From Vicinamibacterales bacterium (GTDB taxonomy: Bacteria > Acidobacteriota > Vicinamibacteria > Vicinamibacterales > UBA2999), in the NCBI GenBank assembly GCA_035626435.1, contig DASPNQ010000209.1, forward strand, positions 7,623 to 71,622: DNA of 64,000 nt, in the 5' to 3' direction. Made by a program: the position numbers and the translations under genes. Under the pieces are notes generated by a model. That model saw only the letters and a list, made by a program, of their open reading frames with translations, was not told where the DNA came from and did no database searches. Of this stretch, positions 24,756-33,282 are shown piece after piece. Position 1 is the stretch's first letter; the number at the start of each line of letters is the position of its first letter.

Positions 24756-27161
24756 CTACTCCGACCTGAGGGCCACGACTGGATCGACCAGCGTGGCCCT
24801 TCGTGCAGGCAGCCAGCACGAAAACGCCGCGACAGCGAGGAGCACGGCCGGCACCGCGAACAGCACCGTCCATGCCCCGGGCATACCGCTGAACAAGTGC
24901 AATTGCGCCATGGCGGCGACTACCCAGGCGAGGATAATGCCGACCGCAGCCACGGCCAGTCCTTCCTTCACGATCTGCCGCACCACGCGATCCGTGGTCG
25001 CGCCAACCGCCATGCGCACGCCGATTTCAGTGGTGCGTTGCGACACCGAGTAGCTGATTACCGAATAGATTCCAATTGCCACCAGCGACAGCAGCAGCGG
25101 CGCGATGATCGCGAACATGCGCGCGGGGATTTTCCGCAGGAACAGGTTGCGCTCGACGTGTTCAGCCATGGTGCGGACGTTGTAGATCGGCAAGGAGGCG
25201 TCGAGCTCGCGGACCGCCCGCTGCACCACCGACGCGAGCAGCGTCTCGGCGCCGGGCTTCGCGCGCAGGTGGATCTCGCCCAGGTAACGGGGACGGTCGC
25301 GGTACGAGAAGAAGAACGCCGGGGTTGGCCGTTCCCCGAAGGTCTCGTACGTAGAGTTCTTGACGACGGCGGCAATGGTGTAAGTGGTGGTGCCGTTCGT
25401 GAGGCGCCGTCCAATCGGATCTGCCGGCGCGATGTAGCGGCGCACGAACTCTTCGTTCACGATGACCTGCGGCGGCGGCGCGGTGTCGCTCATCGCCACG
25501 AAGTCGTCGCCCAGAACGATCGGGATGCCCATCGTCTTGAAGTAACCGGGCGACACGATGTTGCTCAGTGCCTGTTCCTGTTGTCTGCCTGGGGCGGCCC
25601 GCCCTTCGAGCGTAAAGCCACGTGATGGGAGCCCATGAAGGTCGAGCGGCATGGCGTTGGCCAGAGCGACGGATTCAATCGCAGGAACGTTGTGCAGCTT
25701 GTCGAGCAGTTGCGCCGCAAACTGCCTCGAATAGTCATCCGTCGTCACTGTTCCACTCAGGTCGTAGGTTGCCAGTAACAATCCGTCGACGCGGAACCCC
25801 GGGTTCGTATCGCGAGTCTCCGCAAAGCTGTAGAAGAACAGGCCGGCGACGACCAGCACCAGCAAGGCCAGGCCGCATTGCAGCGCCATCAACGCGTCGC
25901 GGGCGACGCTGCGGCCAGACGATTTCGATCCGGCGCGGAGCGCGACCTGCGGATCGACTCGCCCTAACTGCATCGCCGGCGCTGCGCCAAACAAGAGTCC
26001 GCTGCCGATCCCGAGCACGACGGCAAAGGCCAGGCCGACTGCGTCGAGACTGGTTTGAAATCGTACCGGGAATGCCCCATAGGGCGGCATCGCGCGCAGC
26101 GCCTCGGTGCCCCACCAGGCAATGACCACCCCGAGGGCGGCTCCCAGCAGGCCGAGCAGAAGGTTCTCCGCGAGCATCAGCCGAACAATCGCACGCGGCG
26201 CCGCACCCAAGGCGAGTCGCACGCCGACTTCGCGATAGCGAGTGCTCGCGCGCGCGAGTATCAGGTTTGCGGTGTTGCCGCAGACGGCCAGCAGCACCAG
26301 CAGCATCACACCCTGCAACACGCCGAGCGCGGTAATGAACATCATCTGCGGTCCCCGAGGCGCTCGCCAATAGGGCAGCAGCTCGCCGCCGATGCGCGCG
26401 TTGCTCTCTGGAAAGGCGGTCGACAACTCGCGCATCGCCGACGACAGCTCGGCGGACGCGTGTGCTTCATCGGCGCCGCGCCTGAGCCGACCCAGCGCCG
26501 AGTATCCGCGCTGGTTGCGGTCTTCGAGCTCGCGCGAGCCGCTGAACAATGCCGGGGCGAGCGTTGCGGGCACCCACAGATCGAACTGCAGCGCGAGGAT
26601 CGTTCCCTGAAAGTGAGGGGGAGCGACACCGATGATGGTCAGCTGGTTGTCATTGACGCGCAGTGTCTGGCCTACCGCGGATGGCGAACCGCCGTAATGC
26701 GTCAGCCAATAATCGTGGGAGATCACCACTACGGGCTCGGCACCGGGTTGATCCGCGTCGTCGGGTTCGATGAAGCGGCCCGCGGCCGGCGCGATTCGCA
26801 ACGCCTTGAACAGATTGCCGGACACGAGCTGCGCGTAGGTGCGCTCGGTACGGCCGGGCGCGCCGACGTTGAGCGGCACCATGCGGTGCACGATGAGCTC
26901 GTCAATCGACTGCAGCCGCGGTTTGAGGTCGACGTACTCCCGCCACGACATGCCCGGATAGGTGCCGGTGTCTGCCCTGGCCTCGACGTGGTAGAAACTG
27001 CCGCTGTCCGGGACGCCCGGAATCGGCTTGAGGATGATGGCTTGAATCCACGAGAACACGGCGGTGTTGATGCCGATGCCGACGCCGAGCGACACGACAA
27101 CCACCGCGGCAACGCCGGGCATCCGCGCAATCGCGCGACACGCCTGCCGGATCATCCCCAC
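24756..27161 (-). CDS. MacB/FtsX-type duplicated ABC permease (ADOP-like, short N-terminus)
   Basis: 801 aa, two MacB-periplasmic-core + FtsX halves. N-terminus IRQACRAIARMPGVAAVVVVSLGVGIGINTAVFS. GTG 27161 or ATG 27155 as start. No ATPase or PadR gene adjacent. Confidence 0.85.
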   Translation of the reverse strand: MGMIRQACRAIARMPGVAAVVVVSLGVGIGINTAVFSWIQAIILKPIPGVPDSGSFYHVEARADTGTYPGMSWREYVDLKPRLQSIDELIVHRMVPLNVGAPGRTERTYAQLVSGNLFKALRIAPAAGRFIEPDDADQPGAEPVVVISHDYWLTHYGGSPSAVGQTLRVNDNQLTIIGVAPPHFQGTILALQFDLWVPATLAPALFSGSRELEDRNQRGYSALGRLRRGADEAHASAELSSAMRELSTAFPESNARIGGELLPYWRAPRGPQMMFITALGVLQGVMLLVLLAVCGNTANLILARASTRYREVGVRLALGAAPRAIVRLMLAENLLLGLLGAALGVVIAWWGTEALRAMPPYGAFPVRFQTSLDAVGLAFAVVLGIGSGLLFGAAPAMQLGRVDPQVALRAGSKSSGRSVARDALMALQCGLALLVLVVAGLFFYSFAETRDTNPGFRVDGLLLATYDLSGTVTTDDYSRQFAAQLLDKLHNVPAIESVALANAMPLDLHGLPSRGFTLEGRAAPGRQQEQALSNIVSPGYFKTMGIPIVLGDDFVAMSDTAPPPQVIVNEEFVRRYIAPADPIGRRLTNGTTTYTIAAVVKNSTYETFGERPTPAFFFSYRDRPRYLGEIHLRAKPGAETLLASVVQRAVRELDASLPIYNVRTMAEHVERNLFLRKIPARMFAIIAPLLLSLVAIGIYSVISYSVSQRTTEIGVRMAVGATTDRVVRQIVKEGLAVAAVGIILAWVVAAMAQLHLFSGMPGAWTVLFAVPAVLLAVAAFSCWLPARRATLVDPVVALRSE

Positions 27162-27258
27162 GAAAATATGCCCTCGCTGTATCCGAAGCTCGCCAGATCG
27201 TCGCCGGCGGCCGAATGCAACAGGCTAAGGACGCATGCGAGCGCTCTTACCAGGGCCA

Positions 27259-27369
27259 TAGCTTTCCGCCGTGAATCTCCCGAGGAAATTCGGGGCCGTG
27301 CAGGTGCAGCACAACCGCGGCGCCAACAATACCAACGGCCGCCAGAAGCAGCAATTTGAAACGGGTCAT
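27259..27369 (-). CDS. possible small membrane peptide (36 aa)
   Basis: Hand-translated ORF, too short for the supplied track: MTRFKLLLLAAVGIVGAAVVLHLHGPEFPREIHGGKLWPW. One hydrophobic helix, 97 nt upstream of the permease gene. No further support. Confidence 0.25.
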
Positions 27370-27414
27370 GAGGGCAGGGTATCGAGTCCCCCCTGAACGA
27401 GTGGTGAAGGCGCC

Positions 27415-27431
27415 GTTCAGCTGCAGTTCAG
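27415..27431 (+). promoter_or_regulatory. direct repeat GTTCAG-N5-GTTCAG (11-bp register) upstream of the OmpR-family regulator
   Basis: GTTCAG at 27415-27420 and 27426-27431. A related GTGAACAG lies at 27440-27447. An 11-bp direct-repeat register is typical of OmpR/PhoB-family boxes. Speculative. Confidence 0.25.
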
Positions 27432-27475
27432 AAAACAGGGTGAACAGTTATGAGTCAGGAGTTTAGAGTTAACCC

Positions 27476-28138
27476 TTGCGAATTCTGGTGATTGAGGACG
27501 AAGTTCAACTCGCAGCGCAGCTTACCCGCACGCTGGGCGACGCCGGCTACGCGGTCGATCACGCTGCTGACGGCGAACGCGGGGAGTTTCTCGGCCGGAC
27601 CGAGGGCTATGACGCTGTGATCCTCGACCTGGGACTTCCGAAAATGGACGGACTCACTGTGTTGCGGCAATGGCGCGAAGCCGGTCTGGCGATGCCCGTG
27701 CTGATCCTGACCGCACGCGGCAGCTGGCACGAGAAGGTCCAGGGCATCGACGGCGGCGCCGACGATTATGTCGCCAAGCCGTTTCAAGTCGAAGAGGTAC
27801 TGGCGCGTTTACGCGCGCTGATACGACGATCGAGCGGCCAGGTCACGCCGGAGCTACGGTGTGGCCGAGTGGTGCTCGATCCGCGCGGCGCCCGCGTCTC
27901 GGTCGATGGCGTTCCGGTCAAGCTGACCAGCCACGAGTTCCGCGTCCTTTCGTACCTGATGCACCATCGCGGCCGCATCGTCTCGCAGTCGGAGCTCACC
28001 GAGCATATCTATTCGCAGGGCTTCGATCGCGATTCGAACACCGTCGAAGTCTTCATTGCGCGGCTGCGCCGCAAGCTGGGTGGAACGTTCATCGAAACGG
28101 TGCGCGGCATGGGTTATCGGATCGAGGCCGGCAACTGA
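27476..28138 (+). CDS. OmpR-family response regulator
   Basis: TTG start. MRILVIEDE...DAVILDLGLPKMDG...LTAR receiver domain plus a C-terminal winged-helix (LTSHEFRVLSYLM...VEVFIARLRRKL...TVRGMGYR). Confidence 0.92.
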   Translation: MRILVIEDEVQLAAQLTRTLGDAGYAVDHAADGERGEFLGRTEGYDAVILDLGLPKMDGLTVLRQWREAGLAMPVLILTARGSWHEKVQGIDGGADDYVAKPFQVEEVLARLRALIRRSSGQVTPELRCGRVVLDPRGARVSVDGVPVKLTSHEFRVLSYLMHHRGRIVSQSELTEHIYSQGFDRDSNTVEVFIARLRRKLGGTFIETVRGMGYRIEAGN

Positions 28139-29133
28139 TGGTGTCGCTGCGCGCGCGGGTGTTCCTGGGCGCCCTGCTGTGGAGTCTTGGACTGTTTCTC
28201 GGCAGCGGCATGATCCTCACGCACTACATGCTGTTCGTGCCGCAGGCCCCAGGGATTTTTCACGGTTTCTTCATCCACTACATGTACGCGATCTTCATCG
28301 TCACCATCGCCAGCATGGTGATCGGCCTGCGCCAGGTGCGCAAGGGGCTTGCGTCATTTGATGAATTACGCGCGCGATTGCCGGGCGTTCGCGAGGGCAA
28401 GCAATCGCGTCTCGACGGCGAATATCCGTCGGAGGTGCAGCCGTTGGTGAACGACCTCAACGCGTTGCTCGCCGATCGTGAGCAGCGCATTACGAAGGCG
28501 CAACTGAAAGCTGGCGATCTTGCGCACGGCTTGAAGACACCGCTGACGCTGCTGAATCAGCAGGCCGAGCGGGCGCGGGAGGGTGGGCAGCGGGAGCTGG
28601 CCGCCGCGATCACGCAGCAGATCGAGCGGATGCGCCGCCAGATCGAGTACCACCTCGCGCATGCGCGCGCGTCGGCGGCGGGCGGCACACCTGCCGCTCG
28701 CTGCCATGTCCTGACGTCGGCCGACGCGTTGGCTCGGACCATGCTGGCGTTGCACGCCGAGCGGTCGCTCAGCCTCGATTGCAACGTGTCGCACGAGCAT
28801 TTCGTCAGAGCGCAACGCGAAGACTTCGAGGAGATGCTCGGCAATCTCGTGGACAACGCCTGCAAGTGGGCTCGTTCGCGCGTTACCGTACAGTCGACGC
28901 TGGAGGGCGGCAGCATCACGACGACGGTGGATGACGACGGGCCGGGGCTGGCAGATGCGTTGCGGGAGACGGTATTACAGCGCGGCGTCCGGGCCGACGA
29001 AGCCGCGCCCGGTTCCGGGCTCGGCCTCGCCATCGTCGCCGATCTGGTCGAGTTGTACGGCGGCACCATCACGCTGACATCGTCACCGCTTGGCGGACTC
29101 CGCGCCATCCTGCGGTTGCCATCGGCATCGTAA
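28138..29133 (+). CDS. sensor histidine kinase (partner of the preceding regulator)
   Basis: The ATG overlaps the regulator stop (TGATG). Two N-terminal TM helices, H-box DLAHGLKTPLTLL, N-box VDNACKWA, G-boxes DDDGPGL and GSGLGLAIV. The upstream part of the tracked ORF (from 27670) is an out-of-gene extension. Confidence 0.88.
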   Translation: MVSLRARVFLGALLWSLGLFLGSGMILTHYMLFVPQAPGIFHGFFIHYMYAIFIVTIASMVIGLRQVRKGLASFDELRARLPGVREGKQSRLDGEYPSEVQPLVNDLNALLADREQRITKAQLKAGDLAHGLKTPLTLLNQQAERAREGGQRELAAAITQQIERMRRQIEYHLAHARASAAGGTPAARCHVLTSADALARTMLALHAERSLSLDCNVSHEHFVRAQREDFEEMLGNLVDNACKWARSRVTVQSTLEGGSITTTVDDDGPGLADALRETVLQRGVRADEAAPGSGLGLAIVADLVELYGGTITLTSSPLGGLRAILRLPSAS

Positions 29134-29143
29134 GCAGCTAACG

Positions 29144-29231
29144 CTGCCTGACTGCCTGACTGCTTGACTGCCTGACTGCCTGACTGCCTGTCTGCCTGTC
29201 TGCCTGTCTGCCTGTCTGCCTGACTGCCTGT
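29144..29231 (+). repeat. tandem octamer array (CTGCCTGW) x11
   Basis: CTGCCTGA x2, CTGCTTGA, CTGCCTGA x2, CTGCCTGT x4, CTGCCTGA, CTGCCTGT. Starts 11 nt after the kinase stop (29133) and ends 2 nt before the stop of the convergent gene (29233). Confidence 0.95.
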
Positions 29232-29232
29232 C

Positions 29233-29586
29233 TTACCTGTCCTTCGGATGCACTTCGATCTTCGTCGCGATGTTCGCGGTTCCGTGGACGTCGTAGTGAA
29301 CAGTCACGGTCGCCCCGTGGGTGGTCGCGAGACCTGACGCGCCCTTGTCGGCGCCGATGATCTCGGTCGTATCCGAATAGCTGAACTTCACTTCCGTGTC
29401 CGCATTCGTTTTCACGACCAGCGTCTTGGTGTCGGGATTCAATGTGAGCAACTCGCCTGTCACCGGCTCAGGCGTCTTCGCACGCGCGTGCTCGACTGGT
29501 GCCGGTTGCGTTTGCTGAGATGCCAACGTGACTGACAGCGGTGCAGCGGAAAGCGTGACGGCGATGGCGATTGCAGCGGTTTTCAT
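29233..29586 (-). CDS. exported hypothetical protein
   Basis: Start taken at MKTAAIAIAVTLSAAPLSV (ATG 29586, GGGGG upstream). Small beta-rich mature part. No known motif. Confidence 0.55.
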   Translation of the reverse strand: MKTAAIAIAVTLSAAPLSVTLASQQTQPAPVEHARAKTPEPVTGELLTLNPDTKTLVVKTNADTEVKFSYSDTTEIIGADKGASGLATTHGATVTVHYDVHGTANIATKIEVHPKDR

Positions 29587-29701
29587 ATGGCCCCCGAGGG
29601 GTGAATCGCTGCAAGAACCGTACACACAAGAATTACGTTTACCTCTGCCGATTCTTTGCTAGACTGACCGCTCTTCTCAATTCAAAGGACACGCGTCGCC
29701 C

Positions 29702-30205
29702 ATGAATCACCTTGGGGTCGTTCTACTGTTGTCGCTGCTACCTCTGCGTTCGGAGACAGCGCCACGATCGGTAGAAAACTGGATCGGTAGAGCCGCGCCT
29801 GCCGCCGAAGTGACGGTGCTGCAGGACATGACGGACGACCTCCGCGCGCGGCTGCAGATCGCAGAATCTGTCCACATTACGCTTGTCGACCACAATCCCC
29901 TGGTGATGTCGGTCGAAACGCTGGCGGGGCGCACCGGCCCGTTCGTCATTACCGTCGACCGCGACTTCGTGCATGAACTGAATTACGACGAGCTCGAAGC
30001 CGCCATCGCCCACGAGCTCGGGCACGTCTGGATTTACACACACCACCCGTACCTGCAGACCGAACGTCTCGCGAACGAGATCGCAATGCGCGTCATCGAT
30101 CGGAAAGCGTTCGAACCGGTCTACGAAAAGGTCTGGCAGCGGACGGGCATTCGCGGCAACCTCATCGAGTTCATCGGCCCGCCAACGCCAACTTCGCAGC
30201 AGTAA
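29702..30205 (+). CDS. putative HExxH zinc metalloprotease-like protein
   Basis: 167 aa with a signal-like N-terminus and the AIAHELGHVW (HExxH) motif. No further family assignment is possible by eye. Confidence 0.45.
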   Translation: MNHLGVVLLLSLLPLRSETAPRSVENWIGRAAPAAEVTVLQDMTDDLRARLQIAESVHITLVDHNPLVMSVETLAGRTGPFVITVDRDFVHELNYDELEAAIAHELGHVWIYTHHPYLQTERLANEIAMRVIDRKAFEPVYEKVWQRTGIRGNLIEFIGPPTPTSQQ

Positions 30206-30218
30206 TTCTTACTGCTGC
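30196..30218. terminator. perfect 10-bp palindrome spanning two convergent stop codons (bidirectional terminator candidate)
   Basis: GCAGCAGTAA-TTC-TTACTGCTGC. Each arm is the Gln-Gln-stop end of one of the convergent genes. On the + strand it is followed by GGCCTTTTGCC. Confidence 0.55.
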
Positions 30219-30598
30219 GGCCTTTTGCCGAACACTTCGACGATTGTCGCGGCCGTCGTGCCGTGATTGGTGAAAGTGTGTCTCGCACCGGCCGGCACGT
30301 CCACCACGTCGCCCGCTTTCACTTCGACCGGCGGCTGTCCTTCGATCGTCAACCGCAGTTGTCCTGTCAGCAGCGTGAAGACGTGGTAAGTCACGTTAGG
30401 GTGGCTGTGCATGATCCGCGTCGCGCCAGGCTCCGCCCAGTCGCGCAGCACGCGGAAATCCGGGCGCTCCATCACCAGCATGGTCGTGATGCCGGGTTCT
30501 TTGTCGGGAGTCGGCCGGCCCTTTTCGGGACCACCGATCGCCTGCGCAAACGCCGGCGGCGGCGACAACAGGAACAGTGCGAGCAATGCGTATCGCAT
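30209..30598 (-). CDS. exported cupin-domain protein
   Basis: Start taken at MRYALLALFLLSPPPAFAQ (ATG 30598). Cupin motifs: IMHSHPNVTYHVFTLLTGQL and GDVVDVPAGARHTFTN. Confidence 0.75.
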   Translation of the reverse strand: MRYALLALFLLSPPPAFAQAIGGPEKGRPTPDKEPGITTMLVMERPDFRVLRDWAEPGATRIMHSHPNVTYHVFTLLTGQLRLTIEGQPPVEVKAGDVVDVPAGARHTFTNHGTTAATIVEVFGKRPQQ

Positions 30599-30619
30599 GC
30601 GTCGCAGTATACCCAAGCG

Positions 30620-33280
30620 TCACTCGGCGCGCAGCGATTCACCTGGCGCCACGCGAAGGGCGCGCCGCACCGGCGTCACCAGGGCCACCAGCCCCGTGAG
30701 CATCAGCACCGGCACGGCCGTCATGAACGTGATCGGGTCGAGCGGGTTCACTCCGTACAGCAGGCTGCGCATCAACGACGTTGCCAGCGTTGCCACGAGG
30801 AACCCGGCGACGAGGCCTGTTCCGAGCAGTCTCGCGCCGTCGCGGAACACCAGTAGCACGATCGCGCGCGATGTCGCGCCGAGCGCCTGGCGCACGCCGA
30901 ATTCACGATGCCGCAACGCGACCGAATAGGCGATGACCCCATATATTCCAACCGCGGCGAGGCTGAGCGATACGATCGCGAAGATGACGGCAAGCTGCAT
31001 CGTGAATGCCCGCGTCGCGCGCGCATCATCGACATACACGGCGAGCGGCCGCACGTCATAGATTGGCAGCGTCGGGTCGATGCTCTTGATGGCCTCACGT
31101 ATTGCCGGCACGATCGCGGACGTCTCACCCGCGGTCTTGACAACATAGACCGACGGATTGCGCAGCGCCTGCCGTTGCGAGAAATACACCTGATCCCGCA
31201 CCTCCTCGACCGGACTACGGTGACGTACATGATTGACGACGCCAATCACGGTCGCGGCGATGTGTGGTTGTCCTGAAACAAACGGATCGACGATCAGGCG
31301 CTTGCCGACCGCGGATTGGCCCGGCCAGGCGCGTTTAGCGAGGCGCGTATCGACGATGACGACAAAGCCCGTCGTGATGTCATCGTCCTCTGTGAAACTG
31401 CGCCCTTCGACAAGCTCGATGTCCATCAACTCGAGCGCGCCGGGTGACAACGTCCGGTAGTCGGCTTGCGGCGCCGTTGAGGGATCTCTGCCGGCGTCCG
31501 ACAGGTACGCACCGCCCCAGTTCGGAACGTGATCGTACGGCGCATGGCTGAGCGAGCCCGCAGCGACGACACCCGGCAGCGCACTGAGCGCGTCCTGCAT
31601 GCGGCGCCCGAAGGCAACAGCCACTTCGGGATTCGGCGTCCGCGCTGCGACTCGAAAAGATTGAACACCTCGCACGTCAAAACCGAGATCGGCCGACTGC
31701 ACATTGAGGAAGCTTCTCACCAGCATCAAGGCAGCGACGACAAGAACGACGCTCATCGCGACCTGGCCGGCGATCAACATGGCGCGCACGCGCTGGCTGG
31801 CTGATGATCCCGCTCGGGCGGCGTCGAATCTGACTGCGGTTGCGAGTTTGAGGCGAACGACCTCCGACAAGGGCGCGATCGACAGGATGACGCCCCACGT
31901 CATGACAACGGCGATGGAGAACACCACGACCGGGACGTTGACGCGGGCCGCCGCGAGTCGGTCAAGGCTTGGCGGAGCCAACGCCAGCAATCCCGCCAAA
32001 CCCCAGCGCCCAACCACGATTCCGGCAATGGCGCCCAACGCTGTCAAGAGGAGACTCTCGATCAGATGCTGGCGGAGCACTCTTCCATAGCCGGCACCGA
32101 GAGCGATGCGCACCGCAGTCTCCCGCGACCGCGCCGCGGCACGTGCGACCTGCAGGCTGGCGACGTTGACGCAGGCAATCACCAAAAGGATCGCGACCCC
32201 GACGAACGCGGCCAGCAGCGGTGCGCGAATTTCCCTGACCGATTCCGCGTGGAGCGGCACGGTGTCGAACTTCCGGCCGGCGGCGCCATAGACGGCGAAT
32301 TCTTTCGAAATCTCCGCGGCGACACGGTCGATGTCGGCGCGCGCATCGCTCACGGTGACGCCGTGCCGCGTGCGGCCGACGACGCGCAGAAAGCGTTGTC
32401 CTCGAGGCGCCGTGGGAATACGGCGCCCGTCAAACAACAGCCATGCATCGAGATTGTCGGGGACGGACGCGTCCGGCGCCATCAACAGTTTGAAGGTGGC
32501 CGGCATGACGCCAATGACGGTCACCGGCTGGCCGTTGACGAGAATGCGTTTGCCGACGACTGACGGGTCCGCCCCGTAGCGCCGTTGCCAGAGAGCGGAT
32601 CCCAGCAGGATGGCCGACGGTGGTCCGTTGGTGACATCGGTGTCAACGAACGTCCGTCCGAGAGCCGCGTGCGCGCCAAGCACCGAGAAAAAGTCCGGCG
32701 TGACCAGTCCGATGCGCAGCTGTTCCGGTTCGTCGTCGCCGGTGAGCGCCGCCGTGGTCGCCCAAATCGCCCCGAAGCCCTCGAACACCGACGCGCGCTG
32801 ATCGAGATCGATCAGCTCGGGCCCTGACAACGGCGCCCGCGGATATCCTTCGGCCGACTGATCGGCCCAGACCATCATCAGCCGCGCTGAATCCGCGTAC
32901 GGCAGCGGCTGCAGCAACAACGCGTGCACGACGCTGAAAATCGCGGTGTTGGCGCCGACGCCCAAGGCCAGTGTCGCAACCGCCGTGGCAGTGAAGGTTG
33001 GAGCCCTGCGCAACATGCGCACGGCGTAACTGACGTCACGGCAGATCTCGTCGAGGAGCCGTCCGGCACGCACGTCCCGCACTTGCTCCTTGAGCTGATC
33101 GACGCCGCCAATCTCCATTGCGGCAACGCGCCGCGCAGCTTCAGCGCCCATACCACGGGCCATGGCGCGGCGCGCGATTTCCTCCATGTAGCCATGGACC
33201 TCGTCGTTCAGGTCGGCTTCGAGCTGATCGCGACGCAGCAACGAGCGCCACACGCCGGCGATGCGCGAGAACAATCGCAT
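30620..33280 (-). CDS. ADOP-family duplicated permease
   Basis: Start taken at MRLFSRIAGVWRSLLRRDQLEADLNDEVHGYMEE...GMGAEAARRVAAMEIGGVDQLKEQVRD (ATG 33280, 2 nt after the PadR stop). Two MacB-core/FtsX halves. The upstream part of the tracked ORF overlaps the PadR gene and is rejected. Confidence 0.88.
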   Translation of the reverse strand: MRLFSRIAGVWRSLLRRDQLEADLNDEVHGYMEEIARRAMARGMGAEAARRVAAMEIGGVDQLKEQVRDVRAGRLLDEICRDVSYAVRMLRRAPTFTATAVATLALGVGANTAIFSVVHALLLQPLPYADSARLMMVWADQSAEGYPRAPLSGPELIDLDQRASVFEGFGAIWATTAALTGDDEPEQLRIGLVTPDFFSVLGAHAALGRTFVDTDVTNGPPSAILLGSALWQRRYGADPSVVGKRILVNGQPVTVIGVMPATFKLLMAPDASVPDNLDAWLLFDGRRIPTAPRGQRFLRVVGRTRHGVTVSDARADIDRVAAEISKEFAVYGAAGRKFDTVPLHAESVREIRAPLLAAFVGVAILLVIACVNVASLQVARAAARSRETAVRIALGAGYGRVLRQHLIESLLLTALGAIAGIVVGRWGLAGLLALAPPSLDRLAAARVNVPVVVFSIAVVMTWGVILSIAPLSEVVRLKLATAVRFDAARAGSSASQRVRAMLIAGQVAMSVVLVVAALMLVRSFLNVQSADLGFDVRGVQSFRVAARTPNPEVAVAFGRRMQDALSALPGVVAAGSLSHAPYDHVPNWGGAYLSDAGRDPSTAPQADYRTLSPGALELMDIELVEGRSFTEDDDITTGFVVIVDTRLAKRAWPGQSAVGKRLIVDPFVSGQPHIAATVIGVVNHVRHRSPVEEVRDQVYFSQRQALRNPSVYVVKTAGETSAIVPAIREAIKSIDPTLPIYDVRPLAVYVDDARATRAFTMQLAVIFAIVSLSLAAVGIYGVIAYSVALRHREFGVRQALGATSRAIVLLVFRDGARLLGTGLVAGFLVATLATSLMRSLLYGVNPLDPITFMTAVPVLMLTGLVALVTPVRRALRVAPGESLRAE

Positions 33281-33282
33281 GA

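Noticed and set aside
27670-28137. 5' extension of the sensor kinase ORF (487-aa version)
   Set aside because: It lies inside the response-regulator gene in another frame. The kinase N-terminal TM helix follows the ATG at 28138, which overlaps the regulator stop.
1973-29231. The short tandem arrays (KAGGGAGC, TTTTAAC, GTGCCAAN, CTGCCTGW) considered as CRISPR arrays
   Set aside because: Units are 7-8 nt and directly abutting, with no unique spacers. No cas genes are in the window. They are microsatellite-like tandem repeats, not CRISPR.
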